Below are positions 10,130-18,729 of a stretch of 64,000 nucleotides of DNA, piece after piece; positions within the stretch are counted from its first letter, which is position 1, and every line of letters begins with the position of its first letter. Source of the DNA: a virus. The notes beneath the pieces are model-generated. The model worked only from the letters and a program-made list of their open reading frames with translations. It was not told the origin of the DNA and searched no databases. A program made the translations under genes and the position numbers. The stretch is from IMG/VR virus record IMGVR_UViG_3300028840_002524, positions 52,196 through 116,195 of that record; one strand, written 5' to 3'.

Positions 10130-11632
10130 ATGGCACTCGACGATATTCCGCGCAGACAACTCGACATCGCTTTCGCCTCCTGGTTCGAGGTCGAGCCCGA
10201 GAGCTCGGCCCCGTTCAATCAGGTGGAAGTACAGGCCGGGGTGTTCTTCAACCTCGCCACCAAGACGCCGTACGTCATGGCTGCCCAGACCTCGGGCGCG
10301 TTCGCCGTGGTCACGGCTCCGGGACGCTACCGCTACGACCTCGTGTACCTCGACCAGACCGGTGTGGTGCAGATCCAGCAAGGGAACGAGCAGGTCGGCG
10401 TCGCCACCCCATACACAGGCGCCCCCGGCGACGGCGCGGGCCCGGCCATCGTGGGCACGAGTTTCCCACTGGCCTACGTCCTCATCGAGGAGGACGTGAC
10501 CGTAGACATTCAGTCGGGCGACATCACCGACCTGCGGGGGGTGTTCCAGAACACCCTCAACATGGACGCGACGAACCCGGCCGACGTGGACCTTGCAGCG
10601 GCGCCCGGCTCGGCCGAGATCGCTGCCCGGCGGGATCACGTCCACCAACTCAGCGCAGCCCTCCAGACGGCCCTCGCGGCGCCCTACGACAAGGGGAGCA
10701 CCCTGTTCTGGACCATCCGGACGGACCTCCCTGGAAACATCAACGCCCGGAGCATGCACTGGATCCTCCACAAGTTCCAGGGCAGGGCGGCCAACGACCC
10801 AAACGTGTGGTTCAACCTGAACGTGGGCACCGAGGAGGTGCTGGAGCTGTGGCCGGTGGACTTCGGTGGGACCGGGAACAACATTGGCCTCGGGTTCGCC
10901 GACGACACGGACCCTCTCACCGCCGTTTTCCAGAACGGGTGGGTGTACGTGTACCTGATCGGAAACCCGACCAGCGGCGCGGCCGCGCTCGTGTACTCGA
11001 CCAACGGCCCGAGCGTGGGGCCCGGCCTCACGGACCCCGCATTCGCCGGGTACACCGTGTGGCGTCTGATCACCTGTATCGAGGGCGACGCCGCTGGCGG
11101 CGACCCCGTTGCGATCCCGGCCATGAAGATGGACAACATGGTCATCAAGCAGACGGCCACGGGGGCCACCGGCAGCGGAACGAACGTGGGCGGCCACGTC
11201 GAGGGGCTGCTCTGGACGGCCGGGCTTGTGCCGACGCCTATCAGTGTTGCGGAGCACGTATCACCCATCGGAATCGCTGTGTTCTTCAACCTGTGGGCCT
11301 ATGCGGAGAACAATACAGGGGCCGGTACCGGCACTGTCGTGGCGAAGTTCCAACCCGATTTCACAACACCCACTCCCGTTGTCCCGCATCTTGCGTCCAT
11401 CACGGACTGGAATGATGCGTTCAAGCAAATCGAGGTGGTGGCGAACTCGAATGGCAGCTTCAGTGACGAGCACTACGTGTACGACGGATTCTGGATGACC
11501 CTCTCCGAGCTGCGCACGTTCCTCCTGGACATCAACATCAACGGGATCGGCACCGAGGCACTGGGGCTGTCCGTCCTTGCGTACATCGAGGTGAATGACC
11601 ACGACCTGATCGACTTCGACTACACCCTGTAG
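10130..11632 (+). CDS. Putative tail fibre protein (500 aa)
   Basis: 'RYDLVYLD' N-terminal module and the 'AARRDHVH' fibre motif; last gene of the tail operon. Confidence 0.6.
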   Translation: MALDDIPRRQLDIAFASWFEVEPESSAPFNQVEVQAGVFFNLATKTPYVMAAQTSGAFAVVTAPGRYRYDLVYLDQTGVVQIQQGNEQVGVATPYTGAPGDGAGPAIVGTSFPLAYVLIEEDVTVDIQSGDITDLRGVFQNTLNMDATNPADVDLAAAPGSAEIAARRDHVHQLSAALQTALAAPYDKGSTLFWTIRTDLPGNINARSMHWILHKFQGRAANDPNVWFNLNVGTEEVLELWPVDFGGTGNNIGLGFADDTDPLTAVFQNGWVYVYLIGNPTSGAAALVYSTNGPSVGPGLTDPAFAGYTVWRLITCIEGDAAGGDPVAIPAMKMDNMVIKQTATGATGSGTNVGGHVEGLLWTAGLVPTPISVAEHVSPIGIAVFFNLWAYAENNTGAGTGTVVAKFQPDFTTPTPVVPHLASITDWNDAFKQIEVVANSNGSFSDEHYVYDGFWMTLSELRTFLLDININGIGTEALGLSVLAYIEVNDHDLIDFDYTL

Positions 11633-11642
11633 GAGCAGGCAG

Positions 11643-11834
11643 ATGCCCGAGAAAAAGAAAGTTCCGCAGCGAAGCAACTCAAAGGCAGAGCTCAAGAAGA
11701 GGAGAAAACTCGTGGAGGACAAGCAGGGCGCCAAGGCCCTGGAAGCCATCGCCATCGCGCAGGGGAAGCGCCCGCGAAAATGTGCCAGCCTCGCGGTGCC
11801 TCCCATGGCCCCTCCACCCGAAGAGGAGGAGTAG
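11643..11834 (+). CDS. Small basic hypothetical protein
   Basis: RBS (GGAG), phage-like codon usage, fills the gap between genes. Confidence 0.5.
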   Translation: MPEKKKVPQRSNSKAELKKRRKLVEDKQGAKALEAIAIAQGKRPRKCASLAVPPMAPPPEEEE

Positions 11835-11836
11835 CC

Positions 11837-12394
11837 TTGAGGCAGGCGGTACTATTGCTGCTCTTGTTCGCCGTGGGGTGCTCGTGCGAGATTCGGGAGC
11901 CTTTCCTGAAACTCCACAAGGAGTTCCTCCAGAAGACCTATAACTGGGTTCCTGCCGACAACGAGGCAAGCAAGTACCGCGACCGAGAGGAGGCCGCGAG
12001 GGCCTACCTCCAGGAACAGCGGGCCGTCTTGAATCCGTACGCGATCTCGACGCGCCTCAAAGATGACGGGTTCCATTGGCACAAGGAGAGCTTCGACTTC
12101 ACCTCCTACGACTGGGTGACCGTCGCAAGGAAAAGGGGCGATTGCGACGATTTCATGGTCCTCTGGGAGTCCATCCTCAAATACCAGGGCGACGTGATCC
12201 GGGTCACGGTTCGCTCTACCGAGGGGCGCGGCCACGCCATGCTCCTCTTCTACCCCAAGGGCTCCGGGCACGTGTACCTCCTCTCGAACGTGGGCGTACG
12301 GGGGATGGCCCCCAAGGGGGAGGAAGATGCGCTCATCCGCCTGTTCTATGGGGAGAAAACAGACTGCTATGTGACCTACAAGGGCATCGAGTAA
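11837..12394 (+). CDS. Transglutaminase-like cysteine protease lipoprotein
   Basis: TTG start after GAGGAGG; signal peptide LLLLLFAVG-C lipobox; catalytic 'RGDCDDF' Cys and 'GHAMLL' His. Confidence 0.7.
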   Translation: MRQAVLLLLLFAVGCSCEIREPFLKLHKEFLQKTYNWVPADNEASKYRDREEAARAYLQEQRAVLNPYAISTRLKDDGFHWHKESFDFTSYDWVTVARKRGDCDDFMVLWESILKYQGDVIRVTVRSTEGRGHAMLLFYPKGSGHVYLLSNVGVRGMAPKGEEDALIRLFYGEKTDCYVTYKGIE

Positions 12395-12410
12395 CGCTTC
12401 GGAGGCAATC

Positions 12411-12833
12411 ATGGAAGGACTCGACTGGGGGGCAATCATTCAGTTCCTCATCACATCGGGGATCGCTGCGGCCGTCCTCGCGGGCCTGATCAAGTTCGGG
12501 ACCGGCGCGGTGGGGAAGCAACTCGGGTGGGACGAAAAAAAGCAGACGGCCTGGAAAGAGCGCCTGGACGGGTGGGCTGCGACCGGCATTCACTACGCCG
12601 AGGAAGCCGCCAAGCACAAGGTGTTCTCCTCGAAGGACGCTCAGGCCCGGTTCAAGGAAGGATTAGCTGTGGACTTCGTTTCCCGTCAGATGGGGATCGA
12701 GGAGGGGCTTGCAAAGGCGGCCGTCCGGGCGGCCTTCTCGCTCTCGCCCCTGGCGAAACCCGTCAAGCACGACGAGGCGGCGAAGTTCGAGGACAAGGAT
12801 GCAGAGGCTCTGATCGAAGAGCAAGGAGGCTAA
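12411..12833 (+). CDS. Putative holin (single N-terminal transmembrane segment, LL-H-like)
   Basis: N-terminal hydrophobic helix, then 'A..GIHYAEE...K...A...V......A.VRAA' as in LL-H-type holins. Confidence 0.55.
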   Translation: MEGLDWGAIIQFLITSGIAAAVLAGLIKFGTGAVGKQLGWDEKKQTAWKERLDGWAATGIHYAEEAAKHKVFSSKDAQARFKEGLAVDFVSRQMGIEEGLAKAAVRAAFSLSPLAKPVKHDEAAKFEDKDAEALIEEQGG

Positions 12834-12834
12834 C

Positions 12835-13101
12835 ATGAGGCGTACAACACTGCTCATGCTTGTCCTCGCGCTCGTGGTCGGGCTGTCCGGGTGCTGCACG
12901 ATCTCCCAGGAGGTCAAGGATGAGGTGCACCTGAGCTACCTGCGGCAGGGCAAGTACATCTCCCTCATGGAAGAGGGGAAAACGACGCCCGAGCAGGACC
13001 AAAGAATGCTCAAGGCCAACCTCAAGGTATTCGCGGCACTGGACCTCAAGATCAACGAGAACGAGGACGCCAAAGAGGACGCAGGGAAGGAGGACCCATG
13101 A
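12835..13101 (+). CDS. Small lipoprotein (spanin-like candidate)
   Basis: Signal peptide MRRTTLLMLVLALVVG-LSGC lipobox; adjacent to the holin candidate. Confidence 0.6.
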   Translation: MRRTTLLMLVLALVVGLSGCCTISQEVKDEVHLSYLRQGKYISLMEEGKTTPEQDQRMLKANLKVFAALDLKINENEDAKEDAGKEDP

Positions 13102-13493
13102 CCGTCGAAAAGCTGGCGGGCGAGTGGTTCGACAAACTCATCTCCGAGGCGGAAAGTCGCCTCGACGGCGTGGCAAGCAACTCGGGACGCCAAGCCGGGA
13201 TGGGTGCCCTCAAGGTCCTCTCCGACAACAAGGACGGCCTGATAGCCCTGGGCAAGGACAACGTGATGGAGTTCCTCGGAATGGTCGGTCGTGGCGACAG
13301 CAAAGAGGCACGGAAGTTCTTCATCGCCAAGACCGAGGACCCGGACGCCCTGATCAAGGACATGGAAGCGGGCGCGGACCGGATCAACGATGCCCCCGAT
13401 CTCAACTGGGCCGAAGTGGTCGAGAAGATCGTCATCGGCCTGGGCGAGGTGGGAGCCAAGGTGGCCCTCGCCGCCCTCGTGGGACTCCTGTAA
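13098..13493 (+). CDS. Hypothetical protein with hydrophobic C-terminus (lysis cassette)
   Basis: ATGA overlap, RBS GGAGG, C-terminal 'VALAALVGLL'. Confidence 0.55.
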   Translation: MTVEKLAGEWFDKLISEAESRLDGVASNSGRQAGMGALKVLSDNKDGLIALGKDNVMEFLGMVGRGDSKEARKFFIAKTEDPDALIKDMEAGADRINDAPDLNWAEVVEKIVIGLGEVGAKVALAALVGLL

Positions 13494-13527
13494 GCCCGAA
13501 GCGTTGCTGTCAAGCGACGCCCCACCT

Positions 13528-13570
13528 GAGCCCCGGCGGCCCGGACCTGTCGGGGCTCTTATTTTCTTTA
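13528..13570 (+). terminator. Rho-independent terminator ending the late operon
   Basis: Stem GAGCCCCGGCGG/CTGTCGGGGCTC followed by a T-rich tract. Confidence 0.75.
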
Positions 13571-13577
13571 TTTTAGT

Positions 13578-13606
13578 TTGACAATCCGGACGTGATAGCG
13601 TATGAT
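13578..13606 (+). promoter_or_regulatory. Sigma70-like promoter
   Basis: TTGACA-17 bp-TATGAT; the ATG at 13613 lies at the expected +1, implying a leaderless mRNA. Confidence 0.75.
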
Positions 13607-13612
13607 ACGACC

Positions 13613-14446
13613 ATGAAATACACCGTATTGCGGTACGAATACGACGCCGACGGGGAGACAAAGCGCAAGACGGCCATCTTGCCCGGGTTTTTTGGGCCGG
13701 GGAGTCCGCTCCTCGCCGCGTACCTGAAACGGGTACACCCCGAATACATTCCCCGGAGGCCGTCGGTGCGCCTCATGCAGTTCGACGACACGGTGCCGTC
13801 GTTCTATGACCTATTCGGGTACTGGAGTGCGTGCTCGGACTGCTCCCTCGGCGAGACGGCCAACAAGCGGGCCTTTTACAGGGGTCCCCTCACGGCCGAG
13901 ATCATGTGCATCGGAGAGGCCCCTGGCGCCGAAGAGGACCGCGTGGGGCTACCGTTCATTGGGAGGGCCGGTGACTTCCTCAACTGGCTCCTGGAACAGG
14001 CTGGAATCGACCCTGACGCCGTTTTGATCGCCAACACGACCCTCTGCCGCCCCACAGGGCCCTCGGGGAAGGACCGGCCTCCTACGCCCACCGAGGTGGG
14101 GGCCTGCATCAAACACCTTCGGGACCTCCTGCACGTCGTAAAGCCGAGGGTCGTGGTCCTCATGGGCGCAACGGCCCGGGATGCGTTCACGCGCTCGAAA
14201 ATCGACTGGGAAACGCGGTTCAGCCTGGACATCCCCACCACATTCGGCCTCATCCATCACCCCGCGTGGTTCCTGCGGAGCGGCGGGAAGGAGGCCAAGG
14301 AGGTTTCCAAGGCGACCGCGCTCCTGTATTCCCTCAAGGTGGCGGCCGAGCGAGGCCGTAAGCGCCTACGGCCCGAGGTTGAATGGGAGAACCTGTTGTG
14401 GCCCTCTGTCGAGCGGGCCATCAAGCACTGCAAGGGGGATCAATGA
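13613..14446 (+). CDS. Uracil-DNA glycosylase family 4 (Fe-S)
   Basis: 'CSDCSL...IGEAPGAEED..GLPFIGRAG..L...NTTLCRP...RPPTPTE...C...HPAW'. Confidence 0.9.
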   Translation: MKYTVLRYEYDADGETKRKTAILPGFFGPGSPLLAAYLKRVHPEYIPRRPSVRLMQFDDTVPSFYDLFGYWSACSDCSLGETANKRAFYRGPLTAEIMCIGEAPGAEEDRVGLPFIGRAGDFLNWLLEQAGIDPDAVLIANTTLCRPTGPSGKDRPPTPTEVGACIKHLRDLLHVVKPRVVVLMGATARDAFTRSKIDWETRFSLDIPTTFGLIHHPAWFLRSGGKEAKEVSKATALLYSLKVAAERGRKRLRPEVEWENLLWPSVERAIKHCKGDQ

Positions 14447-16662
14447 GCAAGAAGCCGAGCCCGGCCGCGATCCGGAAGGAAATCCTCAAGCGTACGGACA
14501 TAGACATGCCCTATGACCCCAACCCGATCCAGTGCGCCGGGTGGCAGGTTCTCCCGGACCACGAGGAGAATATCGTGGTGGCGACGCAGGCGTCCACCGG
14601 AAAGACCTTCTTCCTGGAGATGGCGCTCGCCCTGGGCGGCGGAGGCGTCTACGTGACCCCCACCAAGGCCCTGTGCGAGCAGAAACACGACGATTGGACC
14701 AAGGACGGCCACCCCTTCGGGCAGTCCATCGTGGTCAAGACAGGGGATCACCCGAGCGACAACGCCAAACTGCTCTCGAAACGCAAGTTCAAGCTCATGA
14801 CGCCCGAGGCGTTCGGGTCTGCCACGCGCAACCTGAATACGAACCTGTGGCTCAAGGACCTTCGAGCCCTCTGCCTGGACGAAATACACCATTTCGGGAG
14901 CGACGGCCGGGGCCACAAGCTCGAAGCGGGCCTCGTGGACTTCTTCAATTCGTTCCAGAATTGCCGTGTGATCGCCGCCAGCGCCACGTTGCCCAACGCC
15001 AAGGAGATCGGAACGTGGCTCACGCGCCTGAACGGCCGTGAAACATTCGTGATCGAGAGTCCGTGGCGCCCGCAGCCCCTCTACAAGCATTTTATCCCCT
15101 TCACCTACCTCCTCGGGAGCGGCTCCTACTACGTGAACGAGGTGGAGATGGTGAGCAACGCGGCCCAGCTCGCCATGAGCAAGCCCGACGAGAAGTACAT
15201 CTGCTTCGTGCACACGAAGAATGCCGGGTGGAAGCTGAAAAAGGCCCTCGAAGAGGCTGGAGAGCAGCCCGAATTCCACAATGCCGACCTGAACCTCGCC
15301 AAGCGCAAGGACCTGGAAGAGCGTTTCACGGCCGGGGACATCCGGGTCCTGATCGCTACCTCGACGGTGGCCGCCGGGTGTAACTTCCCGGCCCGAAACG
15401 TGGTGGTATGCGGGGTGTTCCGGGGGAAATCCGACGTGGACCCTCGGGACCTCATCCAGATGGGCGAGCGGGCAGGGCGCCCAGGCTTCGATCCGAAGGG
15501 GGACGCCTACTACCTCCTCCCGTCCCACGAAGTGGACAAGTGGAAGGAACTCCTCGCGTCACCCCCTCCCATCGCGTCCAAGATCAACGAGATTTCGAAC
15601 CTCGCGTTCCACCTGATCGCGGGGATTGCCAAGGGCCGAGTGACCAATGAGGCCGAGCTGGAGACGTGGTTCTCGAAAACCTTCGCTTTCCACACCGGCG
15701 AGCCGGTCACGGAGGCCAAGCACATCATCGACCGGCTCATGCGGGCCAAGGCCGTGGTGGTCGAGGACGGAAAGTGGGAAGCGACGGCCCTGGGACGTGC
15801 GGCCGCCAATTTCTACTACGATCCGTTCGACATCTTTGCTTGGCACGCCAACCTCCTGCGGCTCAAGGCCGTGGGGATGAAGGACCCGGAACGCATCCCC
15901 GACATCGTTCTCGCGTGGGTGTTCGGGAACGCCCCCTCCGGGTCCTCGGATTTCATCACAAAGGACTGCCAACCGTTCGTGGATATGGTCCGAAACCGGC
16001 TCGAACACGTGTCGATGCAGCTCGGTCTTGGTCTCCAGCCCATGAACACCATGATGGGCATCTCGGCGGCCTACGCGGCGCTGCAAGATCCCGAAGAGCA
16101 CCCGGATGATGGGTTCCCCGGGGGCATCCGGTTCGGAATGTTCAACCTCCAGGGCGACGCCGAGCGCATTGCGGCCGTTATGTGCTTCGTGAACGACAGC
16201 ACCAAGCTCGGGATGCGCGACGTGATCGAGAAAACCCTCATCCGGATGAAATACAGGGTGCCCTACGAGGCCGTGGCCCTGTGCCAGATCAAGCACGTAG
16301 GCGGCTCGCGGGCCATGGCCCTCCTGCGGCGCGGGATTAGGACACCGGCCGACGTGGTGGACAATGCCGACCGGGTGTCGGAGATGTTCGGCAAGCCGGG
16401 CGCCTGGATCGTGGATGATGCCGAGCGCCTCGCGCACAAGTCGGGGCATTCCAACCCCAAGTTCGCGGCCCACTCCTGGGCCACCAAGAAGAAGGAGGAG
16501 AAGAGCGCCCCGGCCAAGAAAAAGGGTGTCCCAAAGAAGAAGGGAATCAAAAAGGGAGTGAAGAAGGGAGTAAAAAAGGGAGTGAAGAAGGGCGTCAAAA
16601 AGGCCGTAAAGGGCCGAAAGAAGGGTGTCAAGAAGAAAATTAAACCCAAGAAAAAGGCGTGA
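14443..16662 (+). CDS. Ski2/Hel308-like superfamily 2 helicase with a KKGV-repeat basic tail
   Basis: 'TGKT', 'PTKAL', 'DEIH', 'SATLPN', 'ATSTVAAGCNFPA', 'QMGERAGRPGFD'; winged helix and HhH 'LCQIKHVGGSRA'. Confidence 0.85.
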   Translation: MSKKPSPAAIRKEILKRTDIDMPYDPNPIQCAGWQVLPDHEENIVVATQASTGKTFFLEMALALGGGGVYVTPTKALCEQKHDDWTKDGHPFGQSIVVKTGDHPSDNAKLLSKRKFKLMTPEAFGSATRNLNTNLWLKDLRALCLDEIHHFGSDGRGHKLEAGLVDFFNSFQNCRVIAASATLPNAKEIGTWLTRLNGRETFVIESPWRPQPLYKHFIPFTYLLGSGSYYVNEVEMVSNAAQLAMSKPDEKYICFVHTKNAGWKLKKALEEAGEQPEFHNADLNLAKRKDLEERFTAGDIRVLIATSTVAAGCNFPARNVVVCGVFRGKSDVDPRDLIQMGERAGRPGFDPKGDAYYLLPSHEVDKWKELLASPPPIASKINEISNLAFHLIAGIAKGRVTNEAELETWFSKTFAFHTGEPVTEAKHIIDRLMRAKAVVVEDGKWEATALGRAAANFYYDPFDIFAWHANLLRLKAVGMKDPERIPDIVLAWVFGNAPSGSSDFITKDCQPFVDMVRNRLEHVSMQLGLGLQPMNTMMGISAAYAALQDPEEHPDDGFPGGIRFGMFNLQGDAERIAAVMCFVNDSTKLGMRDVIEKTLIRMKYRVPYEAVALCQIKHVGGSRAMALLRRGIRTPADVVDNADRVSEMFGKPGAWIVDDAERLAHKSGHSNPKFAAHSWATKKKEEKSAPAKKKGVPKKKGIKKGVKKGVKKGVKKGVKKAVKGRKKGVKKKIKPKKKA

Positions 16663-16703
16663 CCTTGACGGTCGCTCCGCCATCAAGATAAGCTGAGACT
16701 TGT

Positions 16704-17660
16704 ATGTCCTCCAGAAAGCTCATCGACCGGTTCCCAGCTCTATTCTGGTCCCCCGAGGAGTTCGACTCCCCGGACACCGGCGCTGTAATTGCACCGACGG
16801 CCACCGTTCTGCGCCGTGAGGACCTCCCCCCGGCCGCTGCTAAGGTGGACACGGCCGCATACCTTCGTGATTTCTTCAAGGCCAAGCTCGGCGAGGAAGT
16901 AAGCGACCCTCCCAAGCCGGTAACCGGAGACGTTCTCGTGGTGGGCGGCGAGGACGGGGAGCCCGAGATCAGCATCGGCAAGGTGGGAAACGACCTTATT
17001 AAGTCTTTGAACGCATACGCCGAAGAAAAGATCGACAAGAGTTTATTCGTTTCCACCCCCCTCATCGGGGGGCCTAACCTCCTCAAGCTCTTCGGCATCA
17101 AACCCGAGGACGTGCCGCAGGCCGAGGAGTCAGAGGGATTCGTCAAGTTTGAGGATCTTGAACTCACGCATGGAGAGTTCAAACAACTCACGGCGCTGGC
17201 GAAAGAAATCGAGAAAAAAACGGGCCACAAGCCCGACATCGTGGCCCTTGGGAAGTCTGCCAAGGAGGGCACGCCGTACCACCATGAGACCGCCGACGGT
17301 CCGATCAACGTGGACATTCAGAAGGTGGGCGGTAAGAGCACCTTTGCCGAGGATGTGGAGTGGGTGCAGAAGAAGCTCATGGAGGGCCTCCAGCTCACGC
17401 CAGAGATGCTCGGTACCGCGTGCGTAGGAACAGGCAAGTCCATGATGGCGTTCGAGGCCGCAGCAAACGCCGCCAAGAACGCGAAGAATGGGAAGTGCTC
17501 GGAGTGTTTCTGGTTCGAGCACGCCATCATGGACCCCCTTTCCGGGAAGCCCGTGCACGTGGAGTGCACGCACGAGAAGGTGAGCGTGGAGTTCGCTACC
17601 GAGAAGTTCATTGTCGGGAACAAGGTTCCCTGTTTCGGATTCGAGGATGCAAGCGACTGA
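16704..17660 (+). CDS. Hypothetical protein with C-terminal Cys cluster
   Basis: 318-aa ORF ending 'CSEC...ECTH...PCFGF'; candidate promoter TTGACG/TAAGCT upstream. Confidence 0.6.
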   Translation: MSSRKLIDRFPALFWSPEEFDSPDTGAVIAPTATVLRREDLPPAAAKVDTAAYLRDFFKAKLGEEVSDPPKPVTGDVLVVGGEDGEPEISIGKVGNDLIKSLNAYAEEKIDKSLFVSTPLIGGPNLLKLFGIKPEDVPQAEESEGFVKFEDLELTHGEFKQLTALAKEIEKKTGHKPDIVALGKSAKEGTPYHHETADGPINVDIQKVGGKSTFAEDVEWVQKKLMEGLQLTPEMLGTACVGTGKSMMAFEAAANAAKNAKNGKCSECFWFEHAIMDPLSGKPVHVECTHEKVSVEFATEKFIVGNKVPCFGFEDASD

Positions 17661-18201
17661 GGCCCACATCCTGAAAACGCTCTTGTCGTTCGAGTTCATC
17701 CCCCGCCATGCCGGGGAGGAGCCCGTCATCGACACTGTGCACGACGCGACCTGGAAGTGCACCGTCTACCACATCGTATTCCCGGTCCAGCTATCCCTCG
17801 ACGGGTCGCTCATCGTGATCACCAACATCGACCGCGAGACGGGGGAGCCCACGCGGCCGTACATGATCGTCATGTTCGAGCATCCGTCTGGTGCCCTCTC
17901 CATGAAGGTGAACAGGAACTCTGTGTGGAGGCGCGAGCTCCGCAAGGCTGTGGGCTTTGCGATCTCGCTTTCCAGGGAACTCCTCTTCAACAAGCCCAAG
18001 GTCACCGACTATCCGGATGATCAGACGTGGGCGCAGGCCGCGAATGACGCCAGCGGCTTTAACAAGGCGCAATACGACAGAGCTCGTGCCCGGTTCAGGG
18101 CCTACGAGAAGGTACAAGAGAAGAAGGTTGTTCGGGGGCTCAAGAGGGGGTGCCCCGTTCGTGGTTCGGAGGCCGTAGCAGCATGGCTCAAGTCCGCGTA
18201 G
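17647..18201 (+). CDS. Hypothetical protein
   Basis: Likely start MQATEAH; good codon usage; overlaps the previous stop. Confidence 0.55.
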   Translation: MQATEAHILKTLLSFEFIPRHAGEEPVIDTVHDATWKCTVYHIVFPVQLSLDGSLIVITNIDRETGEPTRPYMIVMFEHPSGALSMKVNRNSVWRRELRKAVGFAISLSRELLFNKPKVTDYPDDQTWAQAANDASGFNKAQYDRARARFRAYEKVQEKKVVRGLKRGCPVRGSEAVAAWLKSA

Positions 18202-18203
18202 GA

Positions 18204-18716
18204 ATGGACCTGTGGCAACACGGGATCAAGGCGCTCGCCGGGAGCAAAAACCGCCTCTACAGGTCATGCCGTCCGGGGTATCCCCTCTCGGACGTGTCCG
18301 TCGAGGGCATAGACTCCTACATCAAGGACTGGGCCAAGCACAAGATCACCCACGTCCTTTGCCTCCTCACCGACGGGGAACAGCTCTGGTACTACGGCCG
18401 GGACCTCCTTGGCTTCTACAGGCGCCGGGGATTCAAGGTCATCAAGATGCCCATTCCCGACCATGGGTCGATGCGGATGGAGCACGCCAAGCGCACGTGC
18501 GAACAGGTCGCCAAGGCGCTCGGGGAAAAGGGAACCCGCGTTCTCGTTCACTGTTCGGCAGGGATGGGGCGCACAAGCATGGTGTTAGGTTGTGTAGCAG
18601 CATACATGAGTGTCTGTGGTCCACTTCGCGGGGTGAAGGGAACGGGCATCCCACAAACCCATTCCCAGGAACAGCTCATCTCGGAATACCGGAAGTGGAT
18701 CACGGGAGGCAAATAG
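18204..18716 (+). CDS. Protein tyrosine/dual-specificity phosphatase-like protein
   Basis: CX5R signature 'VHCSAGMGRT', general-acid loop 'PIPDH' and a Q-loop. Confidence 0.85.
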   Translation: MDLWQHGIKALAGSKNRLYRSCRPGYPLSDVSVEGIDSYIKDWAKHKITHVLCLLTDGEQLWYYGRDLLGFYRRRGFKVIKMPIPDHGSMRMEHAKRTCEQVAKALGEKGTRVLVHCSAGMGRTSMVLGCVAAYMSVCGPLRGVKGTGIPQTHSQEQLISEYRKWITGGK

Positions 18717-18729
18717 CACAGGAGGACCA

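Noticed and set aside
4537-11632. Diversity-generating retroelement or invertible tail-fibre cassette
   Set aside because: No reverse transcriptase, invertase or template/variable repeat pair was noticed in the window.
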